DNA of 60,723 nucleotides from the NCBI GenBank assembly GCA_036172245.1, contig JAYWIR010000022.1:3162001-3222723 (forward strand). Reading direction: 5' to 3'. Below, piece by piece: positions 43,070 to 55,630 of the stretch. Made by a program: the position numbers and the translations under genes. How positions within the stretch are numbered: position 1 is the stretch's first letter; each line of letters opens with the position of its first letter. Under the pieces are notes generated by a model. That model saw only the letters and a program-made list of their open reading frames with translations. It was not told the DNA's origin and made no database searches. Source of the stretch: Raillietiella orientalis. Lineage: Eukaryota.

Positions 43070-43690
43070 TTTTTTTAACAGTGAATTTTTATTACGTCAT
43101 TAATACACGTGTTTCCCTTTAATAAAGGGTTTTCTTTCACAAGAATGTTTAACAAATCACGTATCATAACAATACAACACGAACAAAACAGCACACAGAG
43201 ACATCAACATATACATAAACATAAATATAGACATAAACAAACATAAATAGGAACAAAAACAACCATTACAATAGCAATAACAAATACAAGGAAGCAACAC
43301 TAAACAAACACTATGGGGGGAAAGGGACATATCAGGGAACACCATTAGAGAGAGGCTAGTATAGCCATTCCTCCCCCGGATGGGCGATGCGAAGTCATCT
43401 TGCAGGACGGCAGAACACGGGTCGTCGATGCACACAAATATTTAGGGGGTAGGGTCTCGGCTTTGGGCTGGGGGAACCAAAGGAGGAGCTGACGATGGGA
43501 TTCCTATCGAAGGAGGAGTTGAGCAGGAGGAGGGTTGGCATCGGAGATGTGTTCAATGTATATGTCTCGTGAGCCCTTGATGGTTTGAAGTACGATGGCA
43601 GAAGATATCGATTTCAAGGCATGTTGAATTAGGCCAGCTTGTCTTAAGACTGGGTCATTGAGAGGATCTCAAGATCGTCAAGGGCTCCTA
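43070..43690 (-). mobile_element. 3' fragment of an RLE-type LINE with A-rich tail
   Basis: DPLNDPVLRQAGL...IKGSRDIYIEHI is homologous to 44240-44380; AATAAA and an A-run near 43065-43095. Confidence 0.7.
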
Positions 43691-43950
43691 GCAGAGAGTG
43701 AGCTTGTAGCCATGGACTGCATATGCTCGCAACTCCGCTTTTTCAGGGGGTGCTTCGTTCGCTGCTGCAGCCTTGACTACGGCCGCAAAACTTCGCGCCG
43801 GTGGCGAGGCAAAACCGGTAGAGATGGGCAGACCATCCAAAGTTGGAACTTCGTTGGAGGCTGCAGTCTTCACCTTCATCCTCTCTTGCGATGGCTTTAT
43901 GGTGTACTAGCAGTGACACGAGAACACAAGAAACAAGGCTCAAACACATG
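43691..43950 (-). mobile_element. 5' fragment of an L1/Tx1-like ORF1
   Basis: PARSFAAVVKA...AELRAYAVHGY resembles ARAWSAVVSA...AELSAYVEEGY of the ORF1 at 58879. Confidence 0.5.
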
Positions 43951-44029
43951 CTGTAAATCTTGTGCCCGCGTTTTCGCTGGCGCTTGTGTGTTCCTATGTA
44001 TGGATAGAACAGGTAGTAGTGTAGATAGG

Positions 44030-46800
44030 GTTCACTTGTGACGTTCGCAGCTCGGCTAGGATAGCGAAGAGCGAATCCTATTGCAGTGGTATGCTCCTCA
44101 TCAGTTAGAATAGCTCCACACGGGTCGTCGATTCCCACCAACTTAGGAGAATTGGGCATGGGTTGAAGACTAGGCACTTCGGAGTGAGAAGATGGATTTG
44201 GTGGGTGTGGAGGCAGAGCTGGGTCGTTTTCGATGTTTTTGAGGTATATCTCGCGCGACCCACTGATAACTTGCATCACATTTTGGGAAGCTATAGTTTT
44301 CACTTTACAGTTCGAGAGACCGGCTGCTCTGAGCACTGCATCATTGAGTGGATCCCAGTAGCCTAAGGCGCCGACTACAATGGCTTCGTTCAGCACTTGT
44401 GGTCCCTGGACTTGAAGGCTGCTTTGCAGCTCTGCGCATTTATTCTTTCTATGACGTGCACGCTTAAAGGAGACGGAAGGATTTTCATGTTACAAGGTCA
44501 ATTATCAAGGCGTGGGTTTGATCTTGTAGGAATATAACAGGTCGTAACGCTGACTCAGAGTTGGGGATTCTCTGATTACTGAAAGAAATCGGCCATGGGG
44601 AAGGAGAGTCTTTTAGGTTGCCTAAAATGAGATCATGTCTCTTTGTGATCCAAGTTTTAAAGTGAGCTGAGCAGTGACAGGACATAGGCGAGGGTTTCTT
44701 TTGGGTATACGCTGGCACTGTTCATTAAACCTAGGGCGTTTTCTATTCTTGTTAAGGGTAAGCTGATTCAGTCTCACCCTGTGTATAAAGCGTCAGTATG
44801 CAAACCTGAGAAACTTTCCAGCAGAAACGTTCTGTCCTCAATGAAGCTCATTGAGGCAGGATTAAGTACAATGCATTCAATCGATTTGCCCTGATCCGGT
44901 TTAGCAAGTAGAGGCTTTTTTATGGTCTCGAAGTAGCGATCGGATGGCTTTCGCAACTTAACGTCTCTTGGAGGAAAGGATAATGCGGGGGTTCTCCAAA
45001 TTGGAATTGTGCAGACGAAGAGCAATTTGTCCTTCTACTTAGTCCCATTTGACTGGGATCGTCTTAGCAATTGATCGGCACCTCGACCAGAGTTCTTGGA
45101 TCTCCACTTGGTTTGTCAAGGGGGGAAGTGTAGAGTCATTCAAATAATCAATTGCTCATTGTTTACCTACTTGGAAACGGGACTTCCTTTTGACTGCGTC
45201 TATTAAGGAATCCAGACAAAGAGAAGAGGTACTCTGGCCGGGACAGGTCAGCAATTTGAATACCGAGTCGATCAGCATAATTGTGGCTTCTTCCGAAACA
45301 GGCATTACTCCTAAGCAACCATCTTTGACTACCATACAGGTACTCCGTCGAGGGGGCTTGCCTAAGAGGAAGTATGTTCTGTTTGAGGGTGTTTCTGATC
45401 GACTTTTCGAATTTGACTTATTCAGGCAGGAGTTTTGTCCATTTTCAGGTCATGAGTAAGGGATGGTAAGAAAAAGAGTTTAATGGCTTCGAGTTCTTGC
45501 CTGGGCGCGAGTTGGGAGGACGCAATTGATCCGAATTTATCAAGGAATTCGAAGACGTCGCCAGCGTAGAATGTAGGGTCAAATCCAACGGGTGTACCAA
45601 GGTATTTATAGGTCGCATGCGCTTGGAGAGCAGGAAGATTTTCACCATATATGGAGATAGACGTCGGCAAGACTTGAGGAGAGGCGATGTAATTAAAGGA
45701 TCCGCATATTTGAGCATTGACTTGGAGACCTAGTTGGGCTGCAAAATTACAGATGTGAGTAACTGCAATTTGAAGTTCTTAAAAGCAGTTGCATATAAGA
45801 GCAGTATCGTCCGCATACGCGAGTGGAGGTAAGTAAAGGAAACAGCTCTCAACTGATATAAGTAGAGGCTTGATAGCGAGCTTGAATAAGAGTCCACTAA
45901 GGGGGCAATCCTGTGTGACGCCGGTGTTAATCGCAACTGGGTCACTAAGGTCATTCATTCCACAGATAGCGGTGGAGGAAATCATATATAGGTCCTTAAT
46001 GATGTCCATAAAGTCGCAACCTAAGCCGGAGTATTGCAGTGCTCTAAGGATTAGTTGGTGAAGAATTGAAGAAAAGGCATCCTTGGAGTCTAGTCATCAT
46101 ACAATGTTGTGTGAACCCTGGCTTTCTCCAGCAGATTGGCGAGTAGAAAGTTCTGTTCTAGCACACCGTCAAAGGGCGGCAACCCTTTTTGGTGTGCGCC
46201 AAGGACAGAATTTTCTAGAATCCAGGAGCGGAGTCGGCTTGCGAGTAATTTACACTAAAGTTTTCCAAGCGTACAGCTGATTGAAATGGGGCGGAATTGG
46301 GAGATATCGGGAGAGGAGGACTCGACCTTTCGGATGAGCACTGTTCTTGATGTTTTCCAAGAGGGAATCCTATTGTGTCGTAGACACAGGGAAGCACTGA
46401 ACACTAAGGCAAGGCAAGTCCCTGATAGGTCAGTCTTCCTCAATACAGAGTAAGGAATGCTATCTTTACCAGGACTGGAGTCGGGAGCAAACCTGAATGT
46501 GCACATTACCTCTTCTGTGGTACTCCTTGATAAGTTGCAGTCAATGGGTGGAGGAGGGAAGGGAAGAGTGTCAAATAGCGATAGATTGCAGTCTTTGGAA
46601 ACTTTTCAGAGAAAAATGAGTACATTTCACTAGAGGAACCGTTAAGCTCAATAGGATTGGGTAGAATAATTGAGCGTATCACTAGCTTATTGTTCCGTCG
46701 GTATAAAGCCTGTAAATTACGTAGTGGGGGATCGACCTTGTGGCTTCAAAGTGTAAGATCGGATGAGAAAATGGGACTGGAGTGTTCACCATACCATTAA
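44030..46800 (-). mobile_element. RLE-type non-LTR retrotransposon (NeSL/Utopia/R2-like), degenerate
   Basis: SSPGKDSIPY, FRPISI, TGVTQDCPLSGLLF, LAYADD, YKYLGTPVG, KRHDLI, LIIDL, VVGALGYWDPLND in the expected order, with frameshifts. Confidence 0.85.
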
Positions 46801-46842
46801 TGTTTTCTACGGTGACTTGCCTAGATTCGTTGGAAGTTTGAA

Positions 46843-48140
46843 CACGGTCGCGCCGAAGCGTTTATTCATAAAAACAAACCACGAACTTGAAGGGATATGT
46901 ATCGCCAAGACACAAAAAACGCCCATACAAAAAGTTCAACCGGAAAAACCACAGGCACGCAGGCCGCATGAAAAAAGATGGGAACGGAGAGAGGGGACAC
47001 AAAATAAACAAAAAACAAAGGAGGGTGGGGACGGATCTTTGGTACAGAACATTCCTCATCTAGAAGCGCCGCTTGACGATGGCGACTTCCCTGGCGAATT
47101 TTCTGGACAGATGAGCCCACCTTGCAGCTGCTGCCTTCATTATGTTGTTGGCTATGCTGGTGGCGTCCTTTCGCTGCGAACTTAATTCGAGCTCACGGTG
47201 GGCTGTCACGATGGCGCGGATGCAAAAGATTGTTGCGATCACAGCGCTTTTCTTCAGTCCGCCTTCGCTGAAGAAGCGTTTCAGCAGGTTGATGGAAGTG
47301 TCCTCGGGACGACGAAGTGCCGAGGCAAGTCTCCGCCACAACTCTCGAAAAACACTGCACTCCAGAAGTAGGTGCGGAAGCGATTCCATCGCTCTGCACC
47401 TAAGAAAGTTTGGGGAGGGAACTCCCCCGTAAACCAGGTGTCTACGCTGATTGCACTGGAAGCCCCAGTGCAGGAATAGCAGAACATCCTGTTTCCAAAT
47501 AAGCGGGAACACCGACGTGTCCACACAGAGAGAAGGGACCACGAGTTCTTCGAAGGGTACACTAAGAAGTTTACTCCACCGGAGGAGTCCCTTTACCTGG
47601 TGACGAGGACTGGCTGCATCCACCAACTCTCTCGTATTGCAGAAACTCGAAAGTTTTTCGACTACTGCAATACTGCAGGAGAACTCCCGCCCTGCCGGTT
47701 GGCTACTATCGTTGTTTGCCCTGAGGGCCAACAGCGCAGCCGCCAGAGGTGAGACGGCTACCCGGGACCAAAGCGACCAATCCTGCAAGATAACTTCAAG
47801 CGGTTTGCGTAGACCCTGTAGAGGGCGCATTTGCTCTAGACGCACATCCAAAGTGGAAGTCCAGTGCTCCAGAGCTTTCTGCCACCAGACATTCCAGTTC
47901 GTGGGGCGGCAGGAGATACAGGAATGGGCTAGCAACAACGAGGATAGATGCCTCAGAAGATAGCCAAATGCAGTCTCCCGGCGTAGGTTGCGCGGCAGTA
48001 ACGAAAGAAGTCCTGAACTGCTGATATATCGCTAGAGGCTATAGCGAGCCGGAGCACACCAGTGCGAAGACCACAATTTCCCACATAGGGAGAGAAGCCG
48101 GAACTGCTTCTGCAGACCAATCTGTTCCGTTCGACTCTCA
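46843..48140 (-). mobile_element. 5'-truncated L1/Tx1-like element
   Basis: HWGFQCN...RCRAMESLPHLLLEC; variant terminal motif AATAAACGCTTCGGCGCGACCGTG at 46843-46866; starts directly after the hairpin at 48148. Confidence 0.8.
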
Positions 48141-48147
48141 GCCTTGA

Positions 48148-49600
48148 CACCTGGATATGCCGGGGCATTTATATATGAAAAAATAAAAACACAAAGAATT
48201 GTCGCGTGGCGAACCCGAAGGTCCACCACACCAAAACAGCTTGCTGCTTTCCGACGCTATGCCGGCGAGGTCCTTCCGATGCGCGGGGATGGGAAATAAA
48301 AAACAAAAAGAAACAAAAAGTTCAAATGTGTGGGGGGGGAAAACAAATGTTATAGGGGTGGGAGGGCGGGGAAGGAATCACTTTGCGCTTGGATAGGTCC
48401 TCTAGATCCTATTCAGGATCCGGACAAGCTGAGCCCTGTCTGCGCCTAAGTGGCGCCACTTGCAGACACTGCGCGCGAAAAGGCGAGTCCAGTGTAAGGC
48501 GTTGCCGGTTGGCTGACGCCTTCTTCTGGTGGCGTTCCAAGCCGCCACTATTCCTCGGATGCAGCAGAGGACTGCTACACTAGCGGGCGGGGACAAGGCG
48601 TCACGACAGAAGAGGCGCCTGATAACGTCCTTTGGGCCGCATCCGCGCAAGTCCAGGATCGCCGCAAGACGATCCCACAAAGGGCGGAGGGCGCTACACT
48701 CAAGAAGAAGGAGGGGGAATGTTTCCTTTTCCCCACACCGGTCGCAGTTAGGATCCACAGCCCCCCGGGTGGTGTGATGCAGGCGTGCTTTGAATGGTAA
48801 TCCCCAGAGTACCACAAGGAACGCCACATCCTGCCATTTCAGGGGGAGGGAGCCACTGTTCCAGGACACTGGGAGCCACTTCATCTTCTCCGGAGATAGT
48901 CCGAGTAGCTCGACCCAGCGTCGAATTCCGTTGGGCGGGTCACTCGGCGTCGCAGCATTTGTTGGCTGCCGAGATGTCCACGCCTTTATCGTTTGTGTCC
49001 TGCCGCCTATGGTGCAGGACACGGTCCATTTACCCTGCTCGCTACTGTCCCAGGCATTTATAAGGAAGGGCACCACTGGGGCAAGGGGGGTAATGTGAGC
49101 CCACAGAAGCTTATCGTGGAACTGCACGATCTTCTGCAGCGTCCAGCGGGCGTGGCTTTTTAGGCCAGTGTTCTTTGTGCCCGCCGGAACGTGGATCTTT
49201 TCCCAGGTGGAGACTGACTCATGCAACCATGCAGAGGAGTTCCCTGGGAGGCAGGAGATATAGGTGTTCTCCCGTGCCACAACGGCCATTCGTCGCAGGT
49301 GAAAGTCGTTGTGTGCTTTCCTGCGTTGGCACACCAACGGAAACGACAAAAGTCCGCCGGATCCGAAGGCTCGTTGGGTCAGGAGGCGTGCTGGGACGCA
49401 CCAGGGCGTGTCCCACAGTTCTGCCGCGAGGGCGAGAGTCCTAAATGGAATTTGCACTTCCATGCGCTCCAGCGTAAGAGCGCCAAGTCCACCATCCTTG
49501 CGTGGATAGCACAAGTCTTTGAGTCTCACACGGGACCTCCCTTTGCCCCAAAGGACTGTCCTCAGGAGACCCGCTGCTCTTTTACGGACAAAATGAGGAC
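48148..49600 (-). mobile_element. 5'-truncated L1/Tx1-like element fused to virus-like segment 3
   Basis: ORF 48402-49529: RKDGGLG...VDPNCDRCGEKETF; terminal motif at 48148-48172. Confidence 0.85.
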
Positions 49601-50969
49601 CTTAGAGCAGAACGCCTCCCACTCAGGGGAGAAGTCTTATTTTGATTCCACAGCCTGTTGCGACGTGTGGGGATAAGCATAGCGTTGACTTTGGATATAC
49701 GTTTAACATAAATGATCCCAAACGTTCGAGGGTAGAGTCTGCGTCTGAGTCATTAAAGTTGGTTCTACGTTGCCCAGTTATGTAACGAGCATTAATGTGG
49801 TGGTGCATCTCATTTAACATAATGCCCGCATAGGCTTCGCCCAGAAATATCATTTTCGATCTCTGGGCAGTTGGCAGCTTGTGCCCAGTTTACCAAGCGT
49901 TCAAACGCTTCGTAGGCCACAGCATGCCTATGAGTGCCTGCGAGTGCCTACGAGTGTCTCCACGTGGAGACAAAAACCTCAAAAGTGCGTCTTGGGAAAT
50001 CGTTACGGGCTTAAAGGGTGGACCATGCACAGTTAAGAGGACAGACTGAATCATATGCGTAAAGCCAGCTAATTCTAATACACGTAATGTGCTACATAAA
50101 TGTCCGAGAGTGTGAGCTACGTCCATGCCCTTTTCCTCCGACAGGGGAGACCGGGCAAACAACGACCGCCACACTTAAAGTGGATAGCCAGCACCCCTTG
50201 TGCTGTCTTTTCTGACTCCTGTATGGTGATTCGTTAGCCACCACGACACTTTAGTCGCGATGACTAGTACCATACAATTCGTGGAAAGCTGTTGGTTCAA
50301 TGCTGCCTGACTTGAAGCTCTCTGCGCGGATGTTAGATCATAGCTCTGTGTAGTCGGCCTCCAATCGCCGTCTGGTACAAGCACCCCGTTGACTGATCGA
50401 TATCGCACCATGTCGTACGTGAGCAGTGCATGGATTCCATTAACCATGAATGTAAGTTGAGCATCCTTGAATTGTTTCGAGCTGTATAACCACCCATTGG
50501 CTACAGCTGCCATGTTCTTGATGGATACTCTCGAATTTGTGGGTTGGTACACAGGTAAACGCTTATCTTCTGGGAAATCTATGTCAGTTCCAGTATTCAA
50601 CCCGATCTCGATATCTCCATGGAGATCAGGGAGGCTGTTACTGTATTCCTCGAAAGTGGACACAAGTTCATCTTCACTAGCTGCAGCCATTACATACTAA
50701 GTCAAGTACTACCTGAGGTGAGAAAGAACATTAGCATCTTTTGCAAAGTCACATGCCTACCCTATTAACCCCAATTGCCATGCATGAACCATAACATGTA
50801 CATTCCCAGCACTCGACTTCCATTATCACAGTCTATAAACATGCTTATCATGCCTATAAGGGTCCCGGGGTCTACCTGGCCACTGTGATGTTGGACCGAG
50901 TCAGTGTTGATTTTTCATTGATGATGAAGGCTGTGATCCCACTCCTTCATTTTACGACGTAGAACCCTC
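49601..50969 (-). pseudogene. Putative endogenous viral element, nucleoprotein-like segment copy 3 (CDS from 50690; disrupted, 3'-truncated)
   Basis: Homologous to copies 1 and 2 (IATKVSWWLTNHHTG, HTLGH, HINARYITG); intronless; stops and frameshifts. Viral assignment is from recalled motif similarity. Confidence 0.6.
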
Positions 50970-51323
50970 GTGTTTGAAGTCCCCCGCGACGAGGTGCGGC
51001 ACTTGGGGGCCGGAGTTGTTGAGCCAGTGGCTCTGCACCTCACCAAAGAAAGCTACTCTTTCTTCGAGGTAGCGAGAGCCACTCGGCGCGTAGACGTTCG
51101 TAACGACGAGATCGATGGACTCGGACCACTTGATGACAAATTGGCCTACCCGTCCGTCGTCGTCGAAACGAACACTACGCACCGCTTCCGCCATTTTTCG
51201 TCGTACGAGGAACGTGACGCCGCACATGTGTGAGTCGCCGCACCGCCAATGTAGCGTTCCTCCTGCGCGCTCCTCGATTTCGGCTGCCTGCTCGTCGGAG
51301 ATTACGTGAATCTCCTGCAGGGA
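50970..51323 (-). mobile_element. APE endonuclease-domain fragment of the L1/Tx1-like family
   Basis: LQEIH, CGVTFL, DDDGR, NVYAP, HLVAGDF are canonical APE motifs. Confidence 0.85.
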
Positions 51324-53010
51324 CAGCCACGCCATCGCAAACCACACCTTGTGTTCCATCGACTGCCTATATGTGAGTGACCCAATAAACTACACACACA
51401 AAATCCAACAAACTTCATTCATACAATATTAACATATACAGTCATGAACACAGAGTAATGGCACGATATAGGGAGGGCGATCACTTTTTTATTGCATGGG
51501 CTCGGCCGCAGGCAGAACTTACTCGTGTTGCCTCAGCCTAATGGCTCGGGGAAGCCTATGTTCAAATGTCCTGATCGCCTCATATAGCTTTGTTCTTATG
51601 CCTGCTATGCGATCAGTCCCTAGGGTAGGAGTGATCATCTCTATTGTCTTGAGTGAAAGTTCTTTGGGGAATTTGGAACAAAAGGCTTCCCACTCAGGGG
51701 TGAAGTCCTCTTTAGATTCTACAGCTTGTTGTGACATGCGGGGAGAGGCACAACGTGGATTTAGGATACACATTTAACATGAATGATCCTAAACGTCCAA
51801 GGGTGGAATCAGCATCCGAATCATTAAAATTGGTTCGGGCTTGACCGGTTATATATCGTGCACCAATATGGTAATGTTTCGCATTCAGCATTATTCCCGC
51901 ATAGGCTTCCCCCAGGAATAGCATATTTTCAATCTCTGGGCAATTGGCCGCTTGTACCCAGTTGACTAAGCGCTTGAACGCTTGATAGGCAACCGCATGC
52001 CTGTGGGTGCCGGCGGGTGGTGACAAGAATCTTAAGAGTGCGTCCTGCGATATTGTAACGGGCTTGAAGGTTGGCCCATGCACAGTCAAAGGGATAGATT
52101 GTATCATTTGTGTGAAACCAGCCAGTTCGAGCACATGCAACGTGCTACAAAAGTGCCCAAGCGTGTGAGCAACATCCATTCCCTTTTCTTCTGATGAGGG
52201 AGATCGGGCAAATAGCGAACGCCACACTTTAAGCGGGTAACCAGCACCTCTTGTACTGTCCTTACGTACACCGGTATGGTGATTGGTTAACCACCACGAC
52301 ACCTTAGTTGCGATAACCAACACCATACAGTTTGTAGCAAGCTGCTGGCTGGCTGGATGCCCTTTGTGCGGAAGTCCAGTCGTAACGTTGTGGAGTTGGC
52401 CTCCAGTCCCCGTCTGGCACAAGTACTCCATTGACGGATCTAAATCTTATCATGTCATATGCCAATAATGCGTAAATTCCATTTATCATTAGGGTTAACT
52501 GGGCGTCCTTGAATTGCTTTGAACTATAAAGCCACCCGTTAGCCACTGCTGCTATGTTCTTAGTAGTCAATCTGGCATTAGTGGGTTAATGTATCGGCCA
52601 ACGCTTATCCTCGGGTAAGGCTATGTCCGTCCCAGTAGTCAGCCCGATCTCAATGTCCCCATCAAGATCAGGGAGACTGCTACTATATTCTTCAAACGCA
52701 GCTGCAAGCTCATCCTCACTCGCTGCAGCAATATTGCACCGGAACAAGTACTACCTGAGGAAAGAAAGTGCATCAACACTCATTGTAGAGACATATTCCC
52801 ACCCCATTTCCCCCAGATACCATGCATGAACCATAACATGCTCATCTCCAGTATTCGGCTTCCACTATTACAGTTCATATACATGCTCAGCATGCCCATA
52901 AAAGTTATGGAGTCTACCTGGCTACTGTGATATTGGATCGAGTTCGTATTGATATTCGGATGATTTTTAAAGCGATGATCGCACTCTCTTATGTTACGAC
53001 GAAGAACCCT
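51324..53010 (-). pseudogene. Putative endogenous viral element, nucleoprotein-like segment copy 2 (~1.7 kb with UTRs; CDS ~52730-51490, disrupted)
   Basis: FEEYSSSLPDLDG, TKVSWWLTNHHTG, SPPAGTHRHAVAY, YHIGARYITG; start codon lost; frameshifts. Confidence 0.6.
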
Positions 53011-53040
53011 CAGGTATTATAGCGGGAGATTGAAATTTGT

Positions 53041-53849
53041 CACCCGGTCACGCCGGGGCGTTTATTAATAATAAGAAACCGGTCAGGGACAATGTCCCCA
53101 ACCAACAGAACGACAGGGAACAGAAAGGAATTACCGGCACGCAGGCCTGGCAAACAAACCGCTTGCAACGTGGGAGGAATGAGGGGAAAACAAACAAAAA
53201 TCAAAAACTGGAGGGAAGGGTAACGGGTTTTTGGTTAGGATCCGTACTCACGGGGATTTAAACGGGGAGCACCTGAAATGTTCCGGAGCCTATGGGGATG
53301 CGGATGTAAAAAGAAAATACAAAATTAGTTCATGGAGGGTAGGGCAATGATCACTGGGTTGGTCGCTGCTGAGCTTGTGTAAACCGGCGGTGTATTTCGG
53401 CGAGATTCCTTCTTGACTCCTGTCAAATGAGGCCATGTAGCGGCTGCTTCCATGTAGAAGGATGCTTTGCCGATTACCTCTTGGTGCTGCCCGTTGATTA
53501 CCAACGCCTGGCGGACTGAAACTATCGCGCGTATGCAACCGATGGTTGCAATCCTTGCGCTTAGGGACAGACCGCTCGGCGTGAAGAATCGTCGCAGCAA
53601 GTCTCTTGCGGTGTCCACGGGATGCATTAGTGCTGTTGCCAGCCTACGCCACGGTCCTTGTAGGACACCGCAGTCCAGAAGTAGGTGTGGGATCGACTCC
53701 GTCGACCCGCATCGAACGCAGTTCGCAGATGCAAGTTCCCCGGAGTCTCGATGCCAACGCTCGTTGCACTGAAAACCCCAGTGAACGAAAAGCAGCACGG
53801 CTTGTTTCCAAGCAAGGGGGAGCAGCGAACTGTCAACACTGTGAAAAAG
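53041..53849 (-). mobile_element. 5'-truncated L1/Tx1-like element fused to virus-like segment 1
   Basis: HWGFQCN...NCVRCGSTESIPHLLLDC; terminal motif at 53041-53066. Confidence 0.85.
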
Positions 53850-55622
53850 CAGCCACGCCATCGCAAACAAAACTCTCGGTTCCACCATCACGATATTATA
53901 TCTGAAATGATAACAATAGATAAGTGAAAAACCACTGTCAGTACTGTATGCCCTTTATTATCACGTAATTACAACTTAATCCATACAGACTAATAACAAT
54001 AATGATACAATCAACAATAACAACTGGAACCACATCCATTCTGGTTGTACATTGCAGGTCAAATGTAATCTTGCACTTAAACTGGCTCAGCAGCTGGGAT
54101 AATTTCCTCATGTGGTTGCACATCATGTAACTGGGGCATCCTCTGCTCAAATGCGCGAATCGTCTCATACAGCTTGGTACGTATCTCTGCTACTTTGTCC
54201 ACTCCGGGTGTTGGTAAGATCATTTCTATGGGCTTCATGGCTAACTCTTTGGGAACTTTTGCATAGAAACCGTCCCACTCTGGGGAAAAATCTTTGGATT
54301 CAATAGATTGCTGAGTCATATGGGGGGATGAACACAAAGTAGACTTAGATTAAAGGTTCAGCATGAAAGAGCTTAAGCGTCCTAGGGTACAGTCCGCATG
54401 AGCATCATTAAATACACGCCTGGGCAAACCAGTTAAGTATTTTGCTCCGATGTGATACATTTTCGAGTCCAGCATTATATTGGCATATGCTTGCCCCAGA
54501 AAGATCATGTTTTCAATTTCCGGGCAGTTTCCTTCTTGTGCCCAGTTTACCAGTCTTCGAAAAGCCTGGTACGCCACAGCATGCCTGTGGGTACCGGCTG
54601 GTGGTGATAGAAATCTAATCAGAGCATCCTGGGAAATTATTAGTTCTTTGAATGGCTCTCCAGTTATATGCAAAGGATAAGTCCGCACAAGTCCAACAAA
54701 TCCAGCTAACCTAAGCACCTCTAATGTGCTAGCAAAATGCCCAAGTATGTGAGCAGTCTCCATTGCTCTCTCTTCTGACACTGGAGACCTACCAAATAAA
54801 GCTCTCCATACTTTCAGAGGGAAGCCTGCGCCTCTCGAGCTATCGCGCCTTACACCGGTATGATGGTTTGTTAACCACCAGGATACCTTGGTGGCAATAA
54901 TCAACACCATCATGTTGTTAACCATTTGTTGATTAATAATCGTAGGGGCAGCTGATCTTTGTCCAGGTGTAGTATCATGCCGAGTGGTGATCACTTTCCA
55001 ATCTCCATCTGGGACCAGAGGCTGACCTTCACCTTCTCTCTTGAATCGTATCAAGTTATAGGTGAGCATACCATACACCTTATTCATCATCATGGACAAA
55101 GGGGTGTCTTTATATAACTTCGTAGAGTGTATCCAACCGTTAGCAACTGCGGCTATATTCTTTATAGTAGCTGTTGCATCAGTTGGTTGGTATATTTGCA
55201 GTTTCTTATCGTCAGGTAACGCAATGTCCGTACCAGTCGTAAGCCCAAGCCCGATATTCCCATCTAGGTCAGGCAAACTGGCACTATATTCTTCGAAAAC
55301 ATTGGTAGGAACCTCTGGATTTGTGGTAGCCATTTTATCGTAGATATGTAGCAACCTACAGTGAGAGAGATCTGGTTAGATTACATAGGATAATAAGGAT
55401 ATTCCCCCCTAAAATCCACAAAACCCAACATTGTGCTCATGCAGGTGATTGAGGCCAGGTGTTTCATGCAGTTAGTGACTGTTATCTGACAGCACTTTCA
55501 CCACACTTATGGAAATACCTGGTTGTCCTGAGTAGCCTCTAAGATGAACGAGGGTTCTGACATTTCGATAATAAGCTGTAGGGTATGGATAGTATACGAC
55601 GACATACATTCAAGGGGGGTCG
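53850..55622 (-). pseudogene. Putative endogenous viral element, nucleoprotein-like segment copy 1 (~1.8 kb; CDS 55333-54077, ~420 codons, one frameshift near 54350)
   Basis: ORF 54350-55354 continues in the 54077-54337 frame. Intronless, with a composition unlike the flanking LINE. Motifs ATKVSWWLTNHHTG, PPAGT and YHIGAKYLTG resemble, as recalled, qinvirus-like segment-2 proteins. Confidence 0.6.
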
Positions 55623-55630
55623 GAGATTGA

